From NCBI RefSeq assembly GCF_021869535.1, contig NW_026262679.1, forward strand, positions 30,442,001-30,506,000: DNA of 64,000 nucleotides. Direction: 5' to 3'. The notes under the pieces are model-generated. The model was not told the origin of the DNA. It was given only the letters and a program-made list of their open reading frames with translations, and ran no database searches. The position numbers and the translations under genes are program-made. How positions within the stretch are numbered: the stretch's first letter is position 1; the number at the start of each line of letters is the position of its first letter. Shown in pieces: positions 14,601 through 26,600 of the stretch. Source of the stretch: Mytilus californianus. Its lineage: Eukaryota.

Positions 14601-17600
14601 TTTTAATGGACCAAATTCTAGATAATTTTTAAAATATGGACTTTTTATGATTTTCCATTTTGAATAATCCACAAACTGTTTCTTGTAAATTCAAGTACTG
14701 ATGAGTAACTAAAGCTTCAACACTTGATTATTCAATAAATCATCGTTCTTTATCTCGTTGTTTTCTGCATTCATAAGTTTCAGGGTGTTGAAATTGGTCA
14801 TAGAAAAATACTGCCTCCAACATGGGGAAAATGGATCCCGGTACATTACAGCATCTCCTAACTGAAAGGCATGGGAACCAGCTAAAATATATGTTTTATG
14901 GACTTCTTTCACAATGTTGTTTAAGCACACATGGTTTTATGGTAGATTTGGGTGTTAATAATTTTGTGAAATTGAAGCGTATTTTGTATTCGATATTTTG
15001 TCTTTCCGACAGTTTACCGGTTAAACCGTTGACAACACTATTTCAAACTCTTAACACTGTCGAACAGCGCCAGATTCAATAACAATGATCAGTCTAACTC
15101 GACATTTCCGGAAACTGTCATACACCTACGATTAGGATTACAATTACACTTCTAGGTACATTTAGGATTTAAATCTTGGGTCGTCTCAAAGCGCAAATAA
15201 AAACCGTCGTTCCTAAAGGAAAGTCTTACTCCTATGATGTTTTTTTATGATAGTTGAATAACGGAGTTTTTAAGAAATATATGAAGTAATGTGTACACAT
15301 TGATTATTGTCCATGGTGTTATCCAGTGTCAACATGCTGTTAATGTACAGAGTATAAAATAGATTCGAATGGACAAACATCATTTAATAAACTTTACATG
15401 AGACATAACAAAAATTCTTATTGTCATTTGCTACGTGTAAAGAAAGGGTGCCGATTTTTTTTAAGAGAATGAGAGGATACAGAGGTTGGGTGCTTAAAAA
15501 CTATTTATAGTTCATGACATCATAGTTGCCGACTGGTTGTCGATTGGTATATATTTCTTATTAATTTTTTTCCTGAATCGGACAAACCCTTGTCCCCGTT
15601 TTGGGTATAAAAAGAATACAAAATATACGAAAAAAAACACTGTTATCTGTTATCAATTTTTGTAACTTTGATCCATTCATGTGAAGCACAGTTTATATTT
15701 CGTTTGTGGTGTCCTTGTGTGCTGTCGAAAATTCATGGGAGGTGTCCGTTGTTATTCTGCGGTTTACATGTTGTAATGTACTATTATATTATTTGTGTAT
15801 GGATTTCTCTGTGCTGAGTGTTCTTGCGTTTGTTTGTACTGTATTCCTGTCACATAGTGTTGTCATTTTAGCGGTATTTTAAACATTATCATTTAATCGG
15901 GTGGTTTGGCTTGCCACAAAACCAGGTTCAACCCATCAATTTTTTCTTTAAATGTCCTGTACCAAGTAAGGAATATTGAAGTTGTTTTCTACAGTCCATT
16001 TCTATGTATATTTGCGTTAGGTCTTGTTGTAGTTCAGTGTTTCTGTTGCTTTTCTCTTATTGTTGATGTGTTTCTCTCGGTTTGTTACATTTGTTTTTGC
16101 TTAATAGAATTATGAACAGCGGTATACTACTGTTGCCCTTATTTAACATCTTTGCGTCGAATATTCATCAGACCATAGATGTATAAACCCATAGATGAAG
16201 CTCATCAGAAACTCCCTGCTGTTCTCTATTGTTAGATTAAAAGAACCATGACCAAATTGACAGTCTTTGATGTATCATGTGTGTTGTCCTCAATCAAGCT
16301 AATCTAGCTACATCTCTTTTCTTTTAAAAGTTTATATAAGATCATTTCCTCCGATAGAGGACAGGAAATCTTTGAGAAAAGTTTTGTATGCACGGTCTAT
16401 CGGATCGATGGACGAATGGACAGAGTCGAGCGATTTCTAGACCTTCTTTCGCCTTCAACGACGCAGGGGAAAATGACTACCTGGTTTTGAGTTAATTTTT
16501 TGTTTGCGCAATTTTTACAGAGATCATTGGAATCATTCGAGTATAGACGTTTTTTCATGGTGTCGATCATTCTTTCTCTCCCATGAATATGGGTGGGTCT
16601 GGTCTGGTCGAACCATGACCAGTAACTCATGAACTGACATCGGTACAGTTTTCTTGAAATTGTACTTTCGAGTGGACTTATTACGATCACATAAAGTTTA
16701 TCCGCATAATTGTCCGCTGATTAAAAGGGATATAAGGTGCAAATGTATATCAGTCGAAAAGACATTTTAAAAAACAATCACACATTATTTAGTCGGTTAG
16801 GGTGCAGTTTCGGATACAAAAGTGTAATCGTTAAAACGAAAGACATAAATATTTCAAAAGCACTGCTCTACGGCGGGCTTAATTTTTTATATTGTGTAAC
16901 TTGCTTATCGCATTTTCTCGTGATTTTCAAGCACGCCGTTGATTACCCTCTGAACACAATTTTTGCTGATTTTGCTATACTAAAATAAGGTAAGACACAA
17001 TTTTGGTTTTAACATAAAGAGAAGTACTTTGTTTCTCGGGGAACACATAAGGTTTTCTACAATATTTTGGTGGGCGACATTATGTATCTGAAGAGTCATC
17101 CAGTATTAACACCATATACAAGACAACAGAGTTCTATAGAGTAAAGCTTGAACACGTCATTGGAAAAAAATACAAAGAAATGATAATATATTGGTGACAT
17201 ATACAATTCAGCGATTCAATATAAAAAAGAGAGATGTGGTATGATTGCCAATGAGACAACTTTCACAAGAGACCAAATGACACAGAAGTTAACAACTATC
17301 GGTCACCGTACGGTTATCAGCAATGAGCAAAGCCCGTACCACGTAGTCAGCTATAAAAGGCCCCGAAATGACAAATGTAAAACAATTCAAACGAGAAAAC
17401 TAACGGCTTAATTAATGTACAAAAAATGAACGAAAAACAAATATGTAACACAGCAACAAACGACAACCTACGAATTACAGGCTCCTGAATTGGGACAGGC
17501 ACATACATACAGAAGGTAGCGGGGTTAAACATGTTAGCGGGATCCCAATCCTCCCCTAACCTGGGACGGTGGTGTAACAGTACAACATAAGAACGAACTA

Positions 17601-20600
17601 TAAAAATCAGTTGAAAAAGGCTTAACTCATCAGATAGATACAAATAGAAATACATCTAACAAAAACACAGAGTGGACGAGGCCGGGTACTTGTACATCCC
17701 AACAACAAAAAGACACTAAGTACAGATCTGAGAGTACTCGCAGTTACTGACAGCTAGTTCAAAGCCAATAACAACTAATAAAAAAAATCATGCATCTAAG
17801 ACTAAATTATCAATCAGTACACATCCAACATCCAATGGATTTAGTGTAAAGACGTCATAAACAGTCAGAGAAAAAACATGACCTTGTGCAATGCCAAGAT
17901 ACAGGTATAGACAGATTGTAGATCCATGAAAGTGCATGTATATAACACTAATATTTAGTTTGTTTTTAATTTTCTGATAGCAAAATCAATATTAATACCA
18001 ATAAAAACAATATTCAAAGATCTAATTACAGTGTTGAATTGGAAGCCTTTTAGAATAAGTTTATTTAGAGGATTGATAATTTTACCAGGATCGTTTCTAA
18101 ATATTTTGCACGGTAAACAACATCTCCGTAAAAATGAGGATGTGCTATCTCGTTTTAAAAAAGTTTTCAACAGGTACAACCAAACTTTAAAACCAAATCT
18201 TTATATCTATGGAAGAATTTAGTAAAGGTTTTAAGTAATTTGTGGTAACGAAATCCCTGACTTAATAATTTATCAGTAATACATAAATTACGTTCATCAA
18301 AATCTAAAACGTCACAACAGACACGGGCATAGCGCACGAGTTATGAAATATGAACACCGTAAGATGGTGCCAAAGGAACATCGCCATCCAAAGAAAGGAA
18401 AATTAAGAAAAGGGAACGAAAATTCGTCCTGTTGTGACCATTAATGCTGCATTGGTGTGTAGTCGGAAAGACTTAGTTACATAACAAAAAAAATCAATTG
18501 GTTTTACAAGGTATATCTATAATTACTTTTTTATATTTTGGGATGAGCGTTTGTTTTTCGTCAATGTAATCGAAAGTCTAACTGTATTCCTAGGTATATC
18601 CCTAGTTTCCCCAAATTTCTTTTAATGATAAATGTTAGGGGTAAAATAAGTAGGGAGTATATTATCAGATATCTTAAAATCATTTTATATTATAAAGACC
18701 AAACAAATTCAGCAAAACACATTCGACCAAACTTTTTGATAAATGTTTTTAAAACGAGTATATCTTGTCACATCGTTTTCCGAAAGATGGGCGTCAAAAG
18801 AAATAAAAAAAATTACACAATATACTGAAAATTCGCCCTTTTTAAACGTATATTTTTAACTTTTATTTTCGATACTTTGAGAACACTTTATCGTCTAAAA
18901 CCTACTCGGGATGGCGTGCGTATAACTTTCGAAGCGAGAACTTCAACTTTACCAGTTGGAGCCCTTGCAATTAGTTTAATACTTCGTTAAATAATTTATC
19001 TAGGAAATAGTGGTAGGAAATGCATCTGTACTATATCAATCAACTTGGAAATATATACTCCATATCCAAGTGGATACTCTTGACAGATACATTTATGGAT
19101 ATTGATTAAATCCTTAAAATAGAACAGCGTGTTGACATTAAAATGAACGTATGCCTGGTATCATGTATACGCTAAAAATATTGGTATTTATTATTGCAAA
19201 ATATATTGCATTAAGAAAGGCAAATATATCGTTCTTTATTTTATTAGAATTTCAATATGCTGTTGAAAGCAGCTATTGTAGCTGACAGAGATGAATATGT
19301 GTCGGTATTATTAGAAGAAGAAGGTGTAGAGTTTGAAGATAAATACTTTCCTCATATTTATACGGTATATGTAAATCAATTACATGCTTTTATTTTGCTT
19401 TTTGTTTTGTTTTAACGGTTGAATTTTCACGATTTATGAAGAGTTTATTAAGCTTGTTGCTTTTATCCCATTTTAAGATGCCGTTGTTTCTTTCCATTAG
19501 ATTGTTTCAGATTTTTTTATATCGGGTTTTTACAGCTTACTGTTACTGGGTTTTTTGATTGGTTTTAGCAACACAACAAATAAATACACAAACGAATGTT
19601 TGTAAAATAAAGAAGAGAAAAATCTTAAGAAATTTTACGACAGGAAAAAATTAAATACTTAAGAGTCAAATACATAATCATAGGTCGAAGAAAAAACAAC
19701 ACTATGACAAAAAGAAAAAAACCCATCATCACGACAAGTCAAATAACTGTCCACACAACAATACATAAATAGAATAAAGGCTGCTCAAAACAAGCCATTT
19801 AGCCAAGAAATATGGGTTGAATACTGGTGTTCAGGTTATATCTAGGGCATACAGAAATGAATTCGTGTATAAATATTGACACACTTACGCCAGAACACTT
19901 GAATTAATATGAATATACATTTTATTTCGCAAAAAAAATCAATACATTAGTGCGTTGACTCAGTCATTCTCACTTTTAAATGCTTTTTTCAATTTCAGGA
20001 AACGATTCAATCTCAACAAAAAGCAAAGACGGCCCTTCGAAATGTTTTTAAGGTAAAATAACATTCTGACGTGGTTATTGTTAAAATATTTAAGAAACCA
20101 AGTATTGTTTCTACCTATATTTTCCATATTGCACAAACAATCATACTATACGAATATGTTAAAGAGTATTTATTTGTATTTGTGAAATGGTATTTTTAAA
20201 ATACACAAAAAAAAAAAACACCTATCTGAATTATACATATGCATAATACGAAAATGTACATCACATATCAAGCCTTAACATTTGAAAGCCAGGTATGTAA
20301 AAAATCGCAGACACATTAGAAGATTTTATAAATTTCTTGCTTCCAAAAGGCTTTTAAAATTGATTTTTATTTAGAACGCCCAAACCTAACATTTTAAAGC
20401 CGAAATTCGTAGACCCATTTGGAGCTATATGACCCAATATGGACATTAAAAGATAATAAAAGTCATATAGATTGCAATAAACAATTAATTTCACCATAGG
20501 CGACAATGGTATCCTTTTTTGAGATACAGACTTTAGAAAGTTGATTTTTTTTTTACGAAACCTTGCTAGAATTAAAGAAAAATTATTCGGACAGTATTTT

Positions 20601-23600
20601 TTGGTCCAACAAATATAGATTCCCGTTACTTTTTTTTAACGTAATTTGTACTTATCTCTCTTGCCTACCAATTTTGCACTTAAAAACACGTGTCTCATCA
20701 TAGCGTTGAGAAGACATCTCAGTTCCGTTAGGGCTAAGGAAAATATATTATGAATATTGTGAAATTTCCCGGTTAAGAAAAAAATCACGTTTTTAAAGGA
20801 CTATGCGAGAAAACACATAATGTTTATTTTTTTCTATTTATATGCAGCGGCTGAATGTAAGAAATAATCCAGAGGGACTAGATAATATACTTAACTTAAA
20901 CATAGGGCTTATCAGACAAACATATACTGTGAATGCATTAGTGTTCGTTGAATATCAATTTTCGTGGATTTCGTTCGTACCTGGGAACAACGAATTTAAA
21001 TGTTCAACGAATTACAAATGAATTATAGGAATATAAGCACACTTTGGCAAAACAACAAAATCATATATCCACAAAAATGTAAGATTTTCTCAATCCACGA
21101 AAATTGGTGAATCCTTAGTAATACATTTGTTATGGGTGATGAGAAATGTTTCACATTACAATTTTCTCAAGTACATAAGAAACAAAATACACAGGAAATT
21201 AACTCCAATGGAAAAAAAATCCTTTATGTCTGATACATTAGTTAAGTATAAGTTAAATGGATCATTTGGAAACACCAAATATGAATTTGGTCAACGCATG
21301 CATGGGTAGCATAAAATATAATACAACGTACCCTGTATAACATATTTCAAATATGTAAATCAAATTTATTTTAAGTGGGGTTCCTCACCAGTCATTAAGC
21401 AATTTAAGGATTTATGCTTTCCCGAGGAAAAGGAGAAAAAGAAAAAGGAGAAAAAGAAAAAGGACAAACAAGTTAATCAAATCTTACCAATTGAAGTGTG
21501 TATGATCGCAGGTCGACAGATTTGTCAGGCTTTGTTGGGGTATCCTAGAGGTATGTCTATCATGCTACTGTGATCTTTTATTGAGTTAAAAAACAAACGT
21601 TTAGAACATTTTGCTCATAAGTATATCCTATAAGGACTTTAATTGGAAAGGTGTACGGAGCAGGCATAACATATATATTAAATACCTGACAATGAAAAAT
21701 AAACACACTGTTTAGTAAATAGATATTAAAATAATGAAAATATTTACAATGTAATAAAAGAATAAACGATATATTTCGCTAAACAAACTAGCATCTCTCC
21801 AGGGAATGCAGATACGAAACGTTTGCAGGTCATTGTACATTTTGGTCAATGATATGTAATTGTACGGCGTTCAGGTTCTATAGTATGTACCCGGTGGAAC
21901 CACAAGTTTCTTCGTTGCTGCGGTATCCAACACAGTGTTCACTTCTTAATTTGAAAAAAAGTAACTTTAACTTTTTGCACCTGTCCTGAGTCAGGAGCCT
22001 GTTGTTCAGTGGTTGTCGTTTGTTGGTGTGGTTCATAGGTGTTTCTCGTTTCTCGTTTTTTATATAGATTAGACCCGCTGATTTTCCTGTTTGAATTATT
22101 TTACACTAGTCATATTGGGGCCCTTTATATCTTGCTGTTCGGTGTGACCCAAGGCTCCATGTTAAAACTGTACTTTTACCTGTATTCGATTTCTTTTTTC
22201 GATTTGTGGATAATCTTCACGGTTTGTAGCAGAACTTTTTCAAATATTTTTTCTGGCACTGAAAAAGGATATTTGACAAAACATTTCAATCCATTTCTTA
22301 GACTTTTTGTACAAACTGTTGTGGTGAATATATACCCTTCAGTTTTAATATAAATAAGAAGATGTGGTATGAGTGCCAATGAGACAACTCTCCATCCAAG
22401 TCACAATGTATAAAACGTTAACAGTTAAAGTTAACAGCAAAAAGGAGCATATTGTTTTTCTTTAATTGTTTAACATTTCTTACCGATATAACATGTTACT
22501 TTTATTATTCTTCCCTTAGTTTATTTATTTTGTATTCAAAATTATTTATTTTGTAAAAATATTTCCTTTCTCTATTGGTACTATAACCTTAACTTTTCTC
22601 TATTGGTACTATACACGTATACCTAACAACAAAATTATTTTCATTTTCCTGTGTTTAAAGTTATTGCAAATGGATGGTATTTTTGTTCGAGCATATTGTT
22701 TTTCTTTAATTGTTTAACATTTCTTACCGATATAACATGTTTCTTTTATTATTCTTCCCTAAGTTTATTTATTTTGTATTCAAAATTATTTATTTTGTAA
22801 AAATATTTCCTTTCTCTATTGGTACTGTACAGGTATACCTAACAACAAAATTATTTTCATTTTCCTGTGTTTAAAGTTATTGCAAATGGATGGTATTTTT
22901 GTTCGCGCATATTGTTTTTCCTTAATTGTTTAACATTTCTTACCGATATAACATGTTTCTTTTATTATTCTTCCCTTAGTTTATTTATTTTGTATTTACA
23001 TTGTGTCATAGGTCAAATTTATTTGTTCAGTGTATGTTCAATGGTGTTAATATGTCCTTTGATTGAGTTAAGCTATTTCAGTTGATATTTTATAGTGTGT
23101 CTTTCTATGTTGTGATGTTACACTATTGTTTCAGAAAAAGGGTGAAGGTTTGGTACCATTAAAACGTTTAAACCCGCTGCATTTGTATGCACCTGTCCTA
23201 AGTCAGGAATCTGATGTTCAGTAGTTGTCGTTTGTTGATGTGGTTCATAAGTGTTTCTCGTTTCTCGTTTTTTTTATAGATTAGACCGTTGGTTTTCCCG
23301 TTTGAATGGTTTTACACGAGTAATTTTTTGGGGCCCTTTATAGCTTACTGTTCGGTGTGAGCCAAGGCTCCGTGTTGAAGACCGTACTGTGACCTATAAT
23401 GGTTTACTTTTATAAATTTTCACTTGGATGGAGAGTTGTCTCATTGGCACTCATACCACATCTTCTTAAATCTATATTATGAATTATATGTATTTTTTAA
23501 GATGTCTTATGAAGGGACAGTTTATTATTTGATAACTTCCTTAGTATCTCTGTAATATAAGAACGTAGGTTGACCAATAAACAAATATATTCGGCACATT

Positions 23601-26600
23601 AAAATATAAAAAGTTATTTTACGTATTTTGTTTTGATTGAATAATTTTGATTTTATGTTAAATATAAATGAAATGCAAAAACAAAAGTGTTAGTGCCTTG
23701 GGGTATGATTTGACGAGAAAATGATCATCGATTATTAATACATATTTCTATACGAAAACGTTGTATATTTTCCGTGAATTCAAAAGAGTACATTTAAAAG
23801 GGATGGTTTCATTGATATACCTGTCTATAAAACTTCTCAGTAGCGTATCATAAAGTGAAAGGAAGCTGGGTTTGTTTAGATGGCTGTTTAAAAATCGGGA
23901 GCTGAAATATGATTAATATAATAAAGGAAATGTTTTTGCTTATTACGAAATTTAATAATTTGCATAACAAGCAATATTTCCTTAAAATAGAAAACAAATG
24001 TCATATTCCTGACTCGGCACATGAGTTTGTTCGAAAATTTAAAGCCTTCAGGGGAAGACCACTGATTCTTTTTTCGATTTGTGGATAATCTTTACGGTTT
24101 GTAGCAGAACTTTTTCAAATATTTTTTCTGGCACTGAAAAAGGATATTTGACAAACATTTCAATCCATTTCTTAGAGTCTTTGTACAAACTGTTGTGGTG
24201 AATATATACCCTTCAGTTTTAATATAAATAAGAAGATGTGGTATGAGTGCTAATGAGACAACTCTCCATCCAAGTCACAATGTATAAAACGTTAACAGTT
24301 ACAGGTCAAAGTACAGTTTTAACATGGAGCCTTCGGTCACACCGAACAGCAAGATATAAAGGGCCCCAATATGACTAGTGTAAAATAATTCAAACAGGAA
24401 AACCAGCGGGTCTAATCTATATAAAAAACGAGAAACGAGAAACACCTATGAACCACACCAACAAACGACAACCACTGAACAACAGGCTCCTGACTCAGGA
24501 CAGGTGCAAAAAATGCAGAGGGTTTAAACGTTTTATCAAGCGCCAACCTTCACCCTAACCTGAGACAGTAATGTAACATTACAACATAAAAAAGCCTATA
24601 TTGAAAGAGGGCGTTAAGCAGCCATCCATCATCATCATATTGAAAGCTCTTTTACATTTGTCTAAAACAGATACCTCTCTAAACAGAAAGGAAAAATGGT
24701 CCGCATATCAAGACCTTCTGATATGGGCAATTTTTGTAAACAGACCAAAACTAGCTACCATTTTCTGGATGAAATGCGAACAACCGCTATGCAAGTATCA
24801 CATATTGATAAATATACATTATGAGTTATTTAATAGCTGGTAATTAGAACGTCGGTAATATTAGAATGATAGAATATCGTAGTTCATAACTTATGTACTT
24901 GTATTAAATCTTTATTTGAAGTTATCGCACTTCATATTGTTTTCATATAGAAAAGGACTATGCCAATTGCAAGGTACTATAATGAGAAATGAAACGAAAC
25001 TAAATGGAAAATTGACAAAACGAAACGAAACGAAAAGTAAAATGACAAGACGAAACATAGAAAAACGATAAATATGCGTTTGATAATTTCAAATCTTTAA
25101 CCCAATAAAAAAATGACAAACATGTCATTTAAAGGCAGGAATGAATACATTTTAGTTCTGGATTGCAGCACTGAACATTTTACATCTTTCGCAGTTGAAG
25201 TCATAGTTGAGCTTGATATGTCAGAACTTCGCATGTTATAAGCAAAACGACGGGTGCCACATGTGGAGCAGGATCTGCTTACCCTTCCGGAGCACCTGAG
25301 ATCACCCCCAGTTTTTGGTGGGGTTCGTGTTGCTTAGTCTTTAGTTTTCTATGTTGTGTCATCTGTAATATTATTTGTCTGTTTGTCTTTTTATTTTTGG
25401 CCATGGCGTTGTCAGTTTGTTTTCGATCTATGAGTTTGAATGTCCCTCTGGTATCTTTCATCCCTCTTTTATAAGAACATATATTGTAATAATTCATTCC
25501 CATGAGCTGTACAGTGCACATAATGTAATGAGCATATCTTGATACACAAAACCTTCTGAAGAAGATACTGATGCAGTTACTTAAATAGATTGGAGATTGT
25601 TTTTTTTTTTGTACATGGCTTTATGATAATTTGCGAGCTAAACTGAAACAAAAGGCAATATTAATTACAAAGACGAAAGACATATATACGTTGTGACTCT
25701 AAGCTGCACTTGAGGAAAACATCTACACCAAAATGAATGATGATTCATAACAAACATTAGAGCCTATGACTCGATCTGTTTTTTTTTTTTTTCGTCCGGA
25801 CTTTTACACATAGGTAATAGTGTTTATTGTTATTTTGAAACAACAATCAGCTTTTATAAATAGGGCAAACTGTTTTTTCTTTCTTTCCCCTACCCTTACC
25901 AGGTTACGTTGAAATTATCACCCCTTCGTTTAGCCCCACATTACATCTACACAAGCACTATTGATTGATGGTATTATTGAGTCTCATAATGAAAATGCAT
26001 GTAATATTAATATTAAACCGAGCTAACTGATTGTTTTATTCAAAATTAGAAAACATGATCTCTTTTTCGTTCTATTTTGTTTCGTTTTGTCATTTGTCTA
26101 TTTGTTTTTTCTATGTTTCGTCCCTTTTTATTTGTTTCGTTTCATTTTGTTCAATTTGTTTTGTATTCGTTTCTCATTTTAACGCTATTTATTGCAAAGG
26201 GAAAACAAAACCCTTGAGGCAATGAAAATAAAGAGAAAGCTTAAAATAAAGCAACAGAAACCCTGCCAAAAAACTTTAGTCCGTCTATGTTTTTTGGTTT
26301 TAATTATTTAATCATTTTTCTTAGAACATTTTGGTCTAAATCGGAAAATATGAAGTTATTTCAGGCATACGTTTCGATAAATAAATAATTCGTTTTTAAA
26401 AAACAACAAATAGCACTAAACGTATTAAACAGTCTTTCCTACCATGAAACATTTTGACTTCTATGAAATATGTCAAATTATGATGTGAAAAATATTCTCA
26501 GTTAAGTATTTAGTGGTATATTTAACACTATTTTTGTTTGAACATACAAATCCGGAATTTTAAGGTAAAGTAGTTTTTAGGTCCAGTTAAAAAAGGTTAA

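Noticed and set aside
16160-16215. CTGATGAG on the minus strand resembling a hammerhead core
   Set aside because: No GAAA, stem III or cleavage triplet follows; it is just a short catagatg direct repeat
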